From positions 35,374 to 99,373 of the forward strand of contig JAUJOH010000010.1 of the NCBI GenBank assembly GCA_030447745.1: 64,000 bases of DNA. The letters run 5' to 3'. Below, piece by piece: positions 41,706 to 50,997 of the stretch (position 1 is its first letter; every line of letters starts with the position of its first letter). Both the position numbers and the translations under genes were made by a program. The notes beneath the pieces are model-generated. The model was not told where the DNA came from. It made no database searches and worked only from the letters and a program-made list of their open reading frames with translations. The stretch comes from Chloroflexota bacterium (GTDB taxonomy: Bacteria; Chloroflexota; Limnocylindria; Limnocylindrales; CSP1-4).

Positions 41706-42049
41706 CATGAGAAAGTCCCCACTGGTGGCGTCGCCGGTCGCCACACGAGGCGACCGTTCGTTTCACCTGCCCACGGCCGTGGTAGCGGGCGCACAAACCG
41801 CTTCAGCCAGCAACCACGCCCGCTCGATGAAACGGACGAGCCGATGCGAGACCCGGGTTGGGCTCACACGAGGCACGTCGCGGCGAGAACACGGCGACGT
41901 GGCACTTCGCGTGCCACGGGGGTTGGTGGATGAACAAAACCGCACGGCGGCGCGGCTCCCGACCGGGACGTAACGCCGGATCACCTTGAGTGGCGTTTCC
42001 TTGGACCGGACGGATCCGTCATTCAGAAAGGCGAAGGCATTCTCGCAGC

Positions 42050-42754
42050 CTACGGCGCCATCCCGGCCAGGTCGATCTCGCCGGTCAGGACCAGCGCGTC
42101 GTCGACCACCGTCGCGGAGGTGAACCGCAGCGGATCGGCGGGGACCAGCCCGACGCGTGGGCTGCCCGGCACGTTGAGCGCCATCGAAAGCGCGCCGTCC
42201 GGCTCCACGACGATGCGGCCCTCGACCCGGACGAGGAAGAGGTTGAACACGAGACGATCCGGCGCCTGGAGCGAGGCGGACCCGCCGGTGATCCCGGTCT
42301 GCGCCTCCAGCCCGGCGAGCGCCGCCCGCTCGACCTCCGCGGCGGGGATGCGGATCGTTGCTTCGACCGCGTCCGGCGGTCCGACGAGATCCACTCGCTC
42401 GGCCTCGATCGAGGAGCCGCCGGCCGTCCGCAGCGTCACGCCGTCGAGCCGGCCCTCGAGGCCGGCGACCGTTCGCGACTCGAGCTCACCGTCGAGCAGC
42501 ACGAGCTCGACCCGGCGCGCCTGCAGCTGGCCGAACGACACGTCCTCGGAGTCGATCTCGAGGCGGTCTGCGTGCCCGCCGATCAGCTCCCACGGCGGGT
42601 CGGACGCCACGCGGACGGTCGTTCCGGTGCCGCGAAGGCCTGCCGTGGCGAGCGATCCCTCGACCAGCCTGCCCGCGATGCCGGGCCCACCCAGCAACGC
42701 CGCGACGGCAACCAGCAGCGCGACGACACCCGTCAGCGAGACGATGCTGCACAT
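42050..42754 (-). CDS. Hypothetical membrane-anchored protein (N-terminal TM; possibly DUF2993/LmeA-like)
   Basis: MCSIVSLTGVVALLVAVAALLGG, then a 200-aa soluble domain with no recognised catalytic motif. Confidence 0.45.
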   Translation of the reverse strand: MCSIVSLTGVVALLVAVAALLGGPGIAGRLVEGSLATAGLRGTGTTVRVASDPPWELIGGHADRLEIDSEDVSFGQLQARRVELVLLDGELESRTVAGLEGRLDGVTLRTAGGSSIEAERVDLVGPPDAVEATIRIPAAEVERAALAGLEAQTGITGGSASLQAPDRLVFNLFLVRVEGRIVVEPDGALSMALNVPGSPRVGLVPADPLRFTSATVVDDALVLTGEIDLAGMAP

Positions 42755-42757
42755 CCC

Positions 42758-44425
42758 TCAGCGTCCTGCGGCCGGCTCGCCGGACGCGTAACCGAGCGAG
42801 GCGAGCGCGTCGAGGGCGACCCCGCGCTCGTCGTACGGCACCGGACCGGCCGGTCCGATGATCGATCGCTCGTGACCCTTTCCCGCGAGCAGCACCACGT
42901 CGCCCGGTCGCGCGCGCTCGATCGCGGCCGCGACGGCCGCCGGTCGATCAGGGACGAGCAGCAGATCATGGCCGCGGCGCTTGCCGGCCGACTCCGCGCC
43001 ACGGGCGATCTCGTCGAGGATCCCCTCGCGATCCTCGCCCCGCGGGTCCTCGTCCGTGGCGACGACGAGCCGGCACCGCTGACCCGCGATGCGGCCCATC
43101 ATCGACCGCTTGCCGGTGTCTCGTTCTCCCGCCGACCCGAAGACCGCGATGAGCTCCCCGCCGCGCGCGGCGGCGAGTGGCGCGAGCAGCCCGAGGACCT
43201 TCTCCAGCGCCGCCGGGCTGTGCGCGTAGTCGACGACCACGCCGAACGGCTGGCCGGCGTCTACCCGTTCCATCCGACCGGGCACGCCGGTCAGCCCGTC
43301 CAGCCCGGCCCGCACGGCGGCCGCGTCGAGCCCCCACGCGTCACCGAGTGCCACGACGGCGAGCGCGTTGTGCACGTTGAAGCGCCCCGCCAGCTGGAGC
43401 CCCAGGCGAGCCTCGCCGGATGGCGCGGCGAGGGTGACCCGGAGGCGGCGCGCGTCCTCCTCGACCCGGGTCGCCCGGACGTCGGCTGCGGGGTCCGTGC
43501 CGTAGGTGATCACGCGCGCCCGCGCTTCCTGGGCGACGCCGACGAACAGGCCGGCGCTCGGGTCATCGGCGTTGACGACGGCGACTTTCGGCAAGGGACC
43601 ACCCGGCAGCGCTTTCTGTGGGTTGAGCGGACCGGCGGCGAGCCGCTCGAAGAGCGAGAGCTTGGCCCTACGGTACGCCTCCCACGTGCCGTGGAACTCG
43701 AGATGCTCGTGGGTCACGTTGGTCAGGACGGCGGCGTCGTAGGCGATCGCCCCCACGCGCTCGAGCGCAAGGCCATGCGACGTCGTCTCCACGACCGCGG
43801 CGTCGTCCCCCGAGGCCCGCATCGCCTGAAGCGCGGCCTGGAGCGCCGGCGCCTCCGGCGTCGTGGCGTGCTCGGCGTTCGCCTCGCCGATCCCTCCGAT
43901 CCTCGTCTCGACGGTCCCCACGAGCCCGACCGACAGCCCGGCCGCCTCGAGGCCCGCCACCCCGAGGAACGACGTGGGGGAGTTGCCGTCCGGCCCGGGG
44001 AGTCCCGCGACCGCGAGCTCCCGGCGGGGAGCGCGGTCCCACCGGGCGGCGGCGGTCGCGAGGGCGGCCCGCGTGCCGTCGACGACGAGCTGCGGCAGGG
44101 GCGTGCCCGGGACCGCCCGCTCGACGAGCGTCGCGGCGGCGCCCGCCGCGGCGGCCATGGCCACGAAGTCGTGCCCGTCGACGTGCGCGCCGGGAACGGC
44201 GACGAACAGGCCGCGCGGGCGGACGTGGCGCGAGTCGTGGCTGACACCGGCGACCTCGATGCCGGCGAGGGCCGCGGGACCGATCGCCCGGCCGTCGGCG
44301 CGGGCTCCGCGGAGCCGGCCCTCGGCGGCGAGGCGGTCGATCAGCCCGGCGAGCGGGCGCGGTCCTGCCGGTTCGGCGGCGGCCAGGCGTTCGGCGATCG
44401 TCGTCGCCGGCCGGTCCAGCGTCAC
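42758..44425 (-). CDS. murE: Mur ligase family protein, MurE-like (UDP-MurNAc-tripeptide synthetase-like) with degenerate Walker A motif
   Basis: GVSHDSRHVRPRGLFVAVPGAHVDGHDF; DYAHSPAALEKVL; FGSAGERDTGKRSMMG; TDEDPRGEDRE; LLAGKGHE. At the P-loop position it reads GLPGPDGNSPTSF instead of GxTGTNGKTTT. Not in a dcw cluster. Confidence 0.7.
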   Translation of the reverse strand: MTLDRPATTIAERLAAAEPAGPRPLAGLIDRLAAEGRLRGARADGRAIGPAALAGIEVAGVSHDSRHVRPRGLFVAVPGAHVDGHDFVAMAAAAGAAATLVERAVPGTPLPQLVVDGTRAALATAAARWDRAPRRELAVAGLPGPDGNSPTSFLGVAGLEAAGLSVGLVGTVETRIGGIGEANAEHATTPEAPALQAALQAMRASGDDAAVVETTSHGLALERVGAIAYDAAVLTNVTHEHLEFHGTWEAYRRAKLSLFERLAAGPLNPQKALPGGPLPKVAVVNADDPSAGLFVGVAQEARARVITYGTDPAADVRATRVEEDARRLRVTLAAPSGEARLGLQLAGRFNVHNALAVVALGDAWGLDAAAVRAGLDGLTGVPGRMERVDAGQPFGVVVDYAHSPAALEKVLGLLAPLAAARGGELIAVFGSAGERDTGKRSMMGRIAGQRCRLVVATDEDPRGEDREGILDEIARGAESAGKRRGHDLLLVPDRPAAVAAAIERARPGDVVLLAGKGHERSIIGPAGPVPYDERGVALDALASLGYASGEPAAGR

Positions 44426-44464
44426 TGGCGCCGCCCTGCCACTCCCATTCGCACCGGCACGCGC

Positions 44465-45553
44465 TCAGTCGCCGTCGCGCCGAACCCCGCGGATCTCCTC
44501 GAGGCGGTTCCGGACGCGCAGGGCCGACTCGAAGGCGAGGCAGCCGAGCGGGTCCAGGACGAGGTCCCAGGACCCGACGTACTCGACCAGCCGGCCGCCC
44601 CAGCCCTCCTTGAAGGCGGCGACCGCCGGCGTGGGCAGCCCCCACAGGTCGTAGCGCCGGTACCCCTGCTCCTGTGCCCGCCTGATGGCGTGCCACTTGA
44701 TCAGGTAGTTCGCGCGACGCTTCGCGCCGGCGTCGGTCATCCCACCGTAGAGGTCGTTCGTGGTCGGGCCCCAGCCGATCAGGAAGATCGTGGCGAGCGT
44801 CTCGCCCGCGGACGTCTCCGCAAAGAGCAGGTCGGCGGCCCCGGACGGCGAGTACGCGGCCCACAGGTTGCGGTAGGTCTCCTCGGTCCGGTACGGGATC
44901 CCGGCCCGGATCATCGACTGCACGTGGACGGCGTGGAACTCCGACAGCCGCTCGGCCCCCGCAGGCACGACCGTCGCGCCGTCCCGCCCGGCCTTCGTGA
45001 TCGACTGGCGCCACTTGCGGTGGATGCCCGACCAGACCTCCTCCTCGGGACGGTCGATGTCGAGGACGCGGGTCACGCGCGGGTTCACCTCGGGCGCCCG
45101 GCGCCATCCGGCCCGACGCAGCGCCCGGGCGAGCGAGCCGTCCGGGTCCTCCAGCTCCGGGTCGATCCGGACGTGCGCGACGCGCATCTCCGCGGCCGCC
45201 TCGCGGACCGCCTCCGTGAACGCGCCGATGGCATCGTCGTCGAGCGGTCCGGTCGAGACGGGCCCGCGTGCGGCGTAGCCGAAGCCCCTGGGGAGTGGTC
45301 GCGGACGGCGGACGAGGATCTGCGCACCGATCGGCCCGCGTGGCCCGTCGGCGACGACCCGATGGGCCGTCCATCCGTTCGCCCGCTTGACGGTCGCCCA
45401 CGGCGACGCCTGGAGGTACGAGGAGGCACGCGCCCCGGTGACGAACGCGTCCCAGGCGTCCGGGTCCTGCCGGAGGGTCGCGGCGGCGACGGCGCGGCCG
45501 GTCATCCGCGCCCCCTCCCCCCGGAGCTCGGGCGCGGCGCTCGCGGCGGTCAT
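44465..45553 (-). CDS. FemAB-family aminoacyl-tRNA-dependent peptidyltransferase (FemX-like), paralog 1
   Basis: ASPWATVKRANGW...LYGGMTDAGAKRRANYLIKWHAIRRAQEQGYRRYDLWG. ATG at 45553 overlaps the paralog-2 stop (ATGA). Confidence 0.7.
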   Translation of the reverse strand: MTAASAAPELRGEGARMTGRAVAAATLRQDPDAWDAFVTGARASSYLQASPWATVKRANGWTAHRVVADGPRGPIGAQILVRRPRPLPRGFGYAARGPVSTGPLDDDAIGAFTEAVREAAAEMRVAHVRIDPELEDPDGSLARALRRAGWRRAPEVNPRVTRVLDIDRPEEEVWSGIHRKWRQSITKAGRDGATVVPAGAERLSEFHAVHVQSMIRAGIPYRTEETYRNLWAAYSPSGAADLLFAETSAGETLATIFLIGWGPTTNDLYGGMTDAGAKRRANYLIKWHAIRRAQEQGYRRYDLWGLPTPAVAAFKEGWGGRLVEYVGSWDLVLDPLGCLAFESALRVRNRLEEIRGVRRDGD

Positions 45554-46608
45554 CTGCGCAGGCCCGCGATCAGCCGGCGGACGCGGCGTGCGGCCAGCCC
45601 CGCCCGGTAGACCGCCGGACGGAGGACCGTCTCGTGGGCGCCGGCGGACGCCACCCACTCGGCCCCGAACGAGGCCTTGTGCTCGTAGAGGCCGTAGCCC
45701 GGGTCGCCTGGTTCGGGCCGGCGCCGCGCCCCCGCGGTGTCGACGCCGCCGAGGTCGATCGACGGGTAGCCGGCCTCGACCGCCTCCCGGATGGCATGCC
45801 AGCGGAGCAGGTGCATCGTTCCGGGCAGCTCGCGGCGCATATCAGCCCGGTCGCCCGAAAAGGCAGTCGCCAGGTGGCCTCCCTGGCAGTACGCGAGCAG
45901 CCCCCCGAGCACGCATCCCTGATGGACCGCGAGCCAGAGGCGAGCCTGCCGCGCGTCGAGGACCCGGCGCCACCAGGCCAGGAAGCCCCGGTCCGATGCG
46001 AAGTTGAACCGCCGTCGCTCGGCCGCCGCGTCGACGAGCGCGGCGAACGCCTCCAGGTGCACGCCGCGCGCATCGTCGACGACCTGCGTGCCGGACCGCT
46101 CGGCGGCGCGGATCCGCTGGCGCGCCTGCTTGGAGACGCGCGCGCGGACGGCCTCCAGGTCGTGTCCCGGTTCCCAGCTCAGGATCATCCGGTGGCGCGA
46201 TGGCTGCAGCTCCTCGGTCGGACGGTAGCCGGCGGCGGCAAGAGCCCGATCGTACGCTGGATCCTCGTCGAGCTCCGGGTCCACGGCGAGGATCGTGCCT
46301 CCCTCGCCACGGACCCAATCGGCGAGACCGGCCGCCCGCGCGGCGACCGGTTCCACGCCGTCACCGCCGGAGATCGGCCCGCGGGGCGCGTACGCGACGA
46401 AGCCCGGCAACGGCGGCTGCGGGTGCGTGAGGACGAGCGCCGAGGCCCCGTCGGCGAATCGGAGGAAGTGGGACCGCCAGCCCTGCGCCGCGCGGTGCGC
46501 GGCCCACGCGGTTCCCTGCAGAACGTGACCGCCCGGCGGATCGACGGTCCGGGCGTCCCAGCCGTCGGGCGGCGCCGATGCCGCCCCGACCACCGCGATC
46601 GGCATCAC
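45550..46608 (-). CDS. FemAB-family peptidyltransferase, paralog 2
   Basis: LQGTAWAAHRAAQGW...HLLRWHAIREAVEAGYPSIDLGG. Start is GTG 46608 (GTGA overlap with the paralog-3 stop) or ATG 46605. Confidence 0.7.
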   Translation of the reverse strand: MMPIAVVGAASAPPDGWDARTVDPPGGHVLQGTAWAAHRAAQGWRSHFLRFADGASALVLTHPQPPLPGFVAYAPRGPISGGDGVEPVAARAAGLADWVRGEGGTILAVDPELDEDPAYDRALAAAGYRPTEELQPSRHRMILSWEPGHDLEAVRARVSKQARQRIRAAERSGTQVVDDARGVHLEAFAALVDAAAERRRFNFASDRGFLAWWRRVLDARQARLWLAVHQGCVLGGLLAYCQGGHLATAFSGDRADMRRELPGTMHLLRWHAIREAVEAGYPSIDLGGVDTAGARRRPEPGDPGYGLYEHKASFGAEWVASAGAHETVLRPAVYRAGLAARRVRRLIAGLRR

Positions 46609-47675
46609 GTCGCATCGCCGTCGGTCGTGGCGTCGCCCGTGCCGCCGGGTGCTGCTCCGCCACGGACGCCGTGCCGGAGCCTGGCGGCGCTGACCACGGC
46701 CCGCCGGGCGACGTTCGTGACCGCGTTGCCGAGCCGGTCGACGACCAGGACCCGCCCCCCGACGTACTGCACCTCGCGCCCGCCGAAGCCGGACTTGAAC
46801 CGCTCGATCCCGGCGTGCGCGACGCCCCACATGTCGTAGACCTCAAAGCCGCGCTCGCGCGACGACCGGATCGCCTCCCACTTCAGGAGGTAGTTCGCGC
46901 GCGACCGCGCCCCGGCCTCGGACATGCCGCCGTACGGCTCGATCACGCGCCGGCCACAGGTCAGCAGGAGCAACGCCGCCGCGGGATGCCCGTTCGGCAG
47001 GCGGGCCAGGAGGAGGCGAGCGCGACCGCCCTCGTCGTACGCCCGGAACACGTCCTCGTACGCCTGCCGTGAGCGGTGGACGAACCCCGCTCGGCGTGCC
47101 GTCTCGACGTACAGCCGGTAGAAGTCGTCGATCCCCGCGGCGCCCGCGTCCTCGACCGTCACGCCGGTGCGGCGCGCCTTGGACACGTACTGGCGCCACT
47201 TCGAGCGGAGGTCGCCCCACAGCGCGCCCTCCTCGCGGCGGAGGTCGACGAGCCTGGTCCGATCGGCCTGGATCGAGGCGGTCGGTCGCCAGCCGGCACC
47301 ATCCAGGTGGCCGACCAGCGGGTCGCCCGGCTCGACCTCCGGGTCGACCGTCACCTGCACCAGCCGATGGCGGCGGGCTGCCGCTCGCAGCGCGTCCGTG
47401 AGCGCCGCCACGCCAGCGCCATCGAACTGACCTCCGACGGGGCCGCGCGGTGCATAGCCCACCCGCCACGGGGTTGGCCGGAGGTCCCTGACAAGCAGCT
47501 GCAGCCCGATCGGGCCCGGACCGGTGTCGACGACGAGCCGCAGCGACCGCCAGCCGTTCGCCTGCTTGACCCGGGCCCACGCCGTGAGCTGGGTGTACGA
47601 GCCGGTCGGCGCGGCTTCGACGAATGCGTCCCAGGCGTTGGGATCGGCCCGGAGCGTGTCGGCCGCGGCCGTCAC
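46605..47675 (-). CDS. FemAB-family peptidyltransferase, paralog 3
   Basis: TQLTAWARVKQANGW...PYGGMSEAGARSRANYLLKWEAIRSSRERGFEVYDMWG. GTG at 47675 forms GTGA with the murJ stop. Confidence 0.7.
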   Translation of the reverse strand: MTAAADTLRADPNAWDAFVEAAPTGSYTQLTAWARVKQANGWRSLRLVVDTGPGPIGLQLLVRDLRPTPWRVGYAPRGPVGGQFDGAGVAALTDALRAAARRHRLVQVTVDPEVEPGDPLVGHLDGAGWRPTASIQADRTRLVDLRREEGALWGDLRSKWRQYVSKARRTGVTVEDAGAAGIDDFYRLYVETARRAGFVHRSRQAYEDVFRAYDEGGRARLLLARLPNGHPAAALLLLTCGRRVIEPYGGMSEAGARSRANYLLKWEAIRSSRERGFEVYDMWGVAHAGIERFKSGFGGREVQYVGGRVLVVDRLGNAVTNVARRAVVSAARLRHGVRGGAAPGGTGDATTDGDAT

Positions 47676-49237
47676 GCGGGACGCGGGCGGCGGACCAGCC
47701 CGGTCGCCACGGCGACCAGCGCGGGAAGCTCCGGCGCCCGGAGGAGGAGACTCATCGCGGCGTATCCTACCCCGCCGACCGCGGCCGCCGACACGGCGCG
47801 GACGACGGCCTCGACGAAGCCCGGGCCGTCGATCCCGCGCTGGTCGAGACCCGCCAGGACGGCCAACGCCGCCGCGCCGGCGACCAGCGAACCGACCCCC
47901 GCCCGGACGAACGTCGAGCCGACCGGAGCCAGCCGGAGCGCGGCGAAGCGGCGCTTGAGCAGGACGAGGAGGATGCCGGCCTCGATCCACGCCCCGGCCG
48001 CGATCGCGAACGCGAGCCCGGCCAGCCCGAACGGCCCGACCGCGACCGCGCCCACGACCACATTGACCGCGACGGTGAAGATGGCGGCCGCGACCGGGGT
48101 CATGGTGTCCTGGTCGGCGTAGAAGGCGCGGGCCAGGACGCCGATCAGCGAGTGGGCGGCGAGCCCGATCAGGAAGACGGCCAGCGTCGTCGCCGTCACC
48201 TCGATCGCCGCCGCCGTGAACGCGCCGCGCCCGAACAGCATGGCGACGACCTCCTCGCGCAGCACGATCCCGAGCACGGCGACGGGCAGCATCACGAAGA
48301 GCAGGAGCCGGAGGGCGCGGCCCACCAGGGCGACGTAGTCGGCGATCGCGCCGGCGGCCAGCTCGTGCGACAGCGCCGGCAGGATCACGATCCCGAGCGG
48401 CACGCCGATCACGCCGAGCGGGATCTGGAGCAGCGCCATCGCGATGTTGAAGGCGGACACGGACCCCGCGGCAAGGGCCGACGCGAATGCGGTCATGGCC
48501 AGGAACGTGACCTGCGTGGCCCCCAGCCCGAGCGCGCGCGGCGCCATCAGGACGAGGACGCGACGCGACAGCGGCTCGTCGAGGTCGATCCTCGGCTGGT
48601 ACCGGAACCCGACGCCGAACATCGGGCGGACCTGGACGAGCAGGTGACCGAGCGCCCCGACGACCACCCCGACGGCGAGGCCCGTGACGCCGAGCGCCGG
48701 GGCGAGGAAGATGGCGCCGCCGAGGATCCCGAGGTTGTAGGCGATCGGCGCGAGGGCCGAGGCGGCGAAGCGACCGCGAGCGTTCAGCACGCTCGTGGCG
48801 ACGGCGCCGAGCGCGAGCAGGATCGGGCTGAGCAGCATGATGCGGGTCAGCTCGACCGTCCGGGCCAGCTCCGCCGGGCCGAACCCCGGCGCGATCGCCG
48901 GCACGAGCAGTGGCGCGAGCACGAACAGGACCACGGCCAGCACGAGCAGCGCGGCCAGCATCAGGTTCATGACCGTCGAGACCACGCGCCACGCCCGCGC
49001 GTCGTCGTTCGTCGCAAGCAGGCCGGAGACGATCGGGATCACGGCGGACCCGAGGGCACCGGCGGCGACGAGCTGGAAGACGAGGTCCGGGATCCGGAAG
49101 GCCGCGTAGAAGGTATCGAGCTCGCGGCCGATGTTGAACGTCGTCGCGATGACGACGACGCGGACGTATCCGAGGGCCCGCGAGGCGAGGAATGCCGCCG
49201 TCACGATGAGGCCCGCCTGGGCGAGCCGGCGGTTCAT
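47672..49237 (-). CDS. murJ: Lipid II flippase MurJ (MviN family), copy 1
   Basis: MNRRLAQAGLIVTAAFLASRALGYVRVVVIATTFN... with 14 predicted TM helices of the MOP/MVF fold. Confidence 0.8.
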   Translation of the reverse strand: MNRRLAQAGLIVTAAFLASRALGYVRVVVIATTFNIGRELDTFYAAFRIPDLVFQLVAAGALGSAVIPIVSGLLATNDDARAWRVVSTVMNLMLAALLVLAVVLFVLAPLLVPAIAPGFGPAELARTVELTRIMLLSPILLALGAVATSVLNARGRFAASALAPIAYNLGILGGAIFLAPALGVTGLAVGVVVGALGHLLVQVRPMFGVGFRYQPRIDLDEPLSRRVLVLMAPRALGLGATQVTFLAMTAFASALAAGSVSAFNIAMALLQIPLGVIGVPLGIVILPALSHELAAGAIADYVALVGRALRLLLFVMLPVAVLGIVLREEVVAMLFGRGAFTAAAIEVTATTLAVFLIGLAAHSLIGVLARAFYADQDTMTPVAAAIFTVAVNVVVGAVAVGPFGLAGLAFAIAAGAWIEAGILLVLLKRRFAALRLAPVGSTFVRAGVGSLVAGAAALAVLAGLDQRGIDGPGFVEAVVRAVSAAAVGGVGYAAMSLLLRAPELPALVAVATGLVRRPRPA

Positions 49238-49338
49238 CGTCACGGCGCCGCGAGACCGGTGGCGGCGGTCCGGCCGTGCCGGCGGCGGCTCTTCTCGAGG
49301 ACGGTCCGGCGCGGCCGGCTCGTGGCTGGTACGCGAGC

Positions 49339-50997
49339 TCACGACCGCCCCCGACGGTGCAGCAGGTCGGTCATGAGCGCGATCATCGAGGCGAGCTCCG
49401 GGATCCGCAAGACGACGCTCAGCACCAGGTAGACGGCCCCGAACGCGACCGTCACCAGGACCGACTGCGCGACGAGCGCGAGCGGGCCGGGATCCGGTCC
49501 GATGAGGCCGTCGATCGCATAGAGCGCGAGCAGCCCCAGCGCACCGGCGACGACCGTCGCCAGGGCGGCCTCGAGGCCGACCCGCACGACGTCGCCGACG
49601 CCGAGCGACGGCAGCCTCCGCGTGAGCAGCACGATCAGCACGGCCGCCTCGATCCACGCCGCGACGGCGATCCCGGTCGCGATGCCGGCGAGCCCGAGCG
49701 GACCGACGAGCAGCGTGGCAAGGACGGTGTTGACGACGACCGCGAGGACGGCCGCGCCGACCGGAGTTCGGGTGTCCTGCCGGGCGTAGAACGCCCTCGC
49801 CAGCAGCGCGATCAGCGCGTGCGCCGCGAGGCCGCCCAGGAAGAACAGCAGCGCGTTCGCCGTCAGGTCGATGTAGGTGCTCCCGAGACCCGGGAACAGG
49901 ACCGTGACGACCTGCCGGCGGAGGATCGCGAGCAGCCCGGCGATCGGCAGCATCACGTACAGCAGCAGCCGCAGGCCGCCCGTGACGAGCCCTACGTACT
50001 CGCGCTCGCGGCCGGCCGCCGCGACCCGCGCGAGCGACGGGAACACGACCACCCCGAGCGGAACGCCGATGACGCCGACCGGGATCTGGAGCAGCGTGAA
50101 CGCGGCGTTGTAGGCGGTGACGGCGCCGGTGCCGAGCATCGTCGCCAGCGAGGTGACGACGACGAACGTGATCTGGCTGGCTCCCAGCCCGACCGCACGT
50201 GGCGCCATCAGTCGGAGCGTCTGACGCGCCCGATCGTCAGCAAGGGCCGCCACCGGTTCGTACCGGAAGCCGATGCGCCGCAGCCCGGGCAGCTGGACGA
50301 GGAGATGCGCGAGCGATCCCACGACCACGCCGATCGCCAGCCCCTGCACGCCGAGGCTCGGGGCGAGGAGGACGGCGCCCGCGATGATCGCGACGTTGTA
50401 GACGATCGGCGCCATGGCCGCCGCGGCGAACCGGCCGGAGGCGTTCAACACGCTCGTCGCCACGGCTCCGAGCGCCAGGAACACGGGGCTCAGGAGCATG
50501 ATCCGCGTCAGCTCGACGGTGCGCGCCGTGTAGAGCGCGTCGAAGCCGGGCGTGATCGCCGGCACGATCGCCGGGGCCGCGACGGAGAGCCCCACCGCCA
50601 GCACGGCGAGGGCGATCAGCATCACGTTCGTGACCGTCGATACGACTCGCCACGCCCGCTCGTTGGCGTCGGCCGCCAGCAGGGTGGCCACGATCGGGAT
50701 CAGGGCCGACCCCAGCGCGCCGGCGGCGACCAGCTGGAAGACGAGGTCCGGCAGCCGGAAGGCGGCGAAGAAGGCGTCGAGATCCGCCGATGCGCCGAAC
50801 GTGTTGAGGACCACCACCGTGCGCACCCAGCCGAGCGCCCGGGAGGCGAGAAACGCCCCCGAGACCACGATTCCCGCGATCGCCAGTCTCCGGCCACGGC
50901 CGGCCGGCGGCGCCGAAGGACCGGGAGTGTCCGCTGCCCGCCCCGGGTGCGCGACCGCCGTCGGAGGGTCGATCGGGCCGGTGCGCCCGCTCGTCAA
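49339..50997 (-). CDS. murJ: Lipid II flippase MurJ (MviN family), copy 2
   Basis: RLAIAGIVVSGAFLASRALGWVRTVVVLNTFG...; paralogous to copy 1. Start uncertain: TTG 50997 (TTGA overlap with the xerC stop) or GTG 50955. Confidence 0.7.
   Translation of the reverse strand: MTSGRTGPIDPPTAVAHPGRAADTPGPSAPPAGRGRRLAIAGIVVSGAFLASRALGWVRTVVVLNTFGASADLDAFFAAFRLPDLVFQLVAAGALGSALIPIVATLLAADANERAWRVVSTVTNVMLIALAVLAVGLSVAAPAIVPAITPGFDALYTARTVELTRIMLLSPVFLALGAVATSVLNASGRFAAAAMAPIVYNVAIIAGAVLLAPSLGVQGLAIGVVVGSLAHLLVQLPGLRRIGFRYEPVAALADDRARQTLRLMAPRAVGLGASQITFVVVTSLATMLGTGAVTAYNAAFTLLQIPVGVIGVPLGVVVFPSLARVAAAGREREYVGLVTGGLRLLLYVMLPIAGLLAILRRQVVTVLFPGLGSTYIDLTANALLFFLGGLAAHALIALLARAFYARQDTRTPVGAAVLAVVVNTVLATLLVGPLGLAGIATGIAVAAWIEAAVLIVLLTRRLPSLGVGDVVRVGLEAALATVVAGALGLLALYAIDGLIGPDPGPLALVAQSVLVTVAFGAVYLVLSVVLRIPELASMIALMTDLLHRRGRS

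Noticed and set aside
43975-44005. Possibility that the degenerate MurE P-loop is a frameshift artefact
   Set aside because: Both alternative frames were translated across the motif and neither encodes a P-loop. The difference is substitutional, not an indel.
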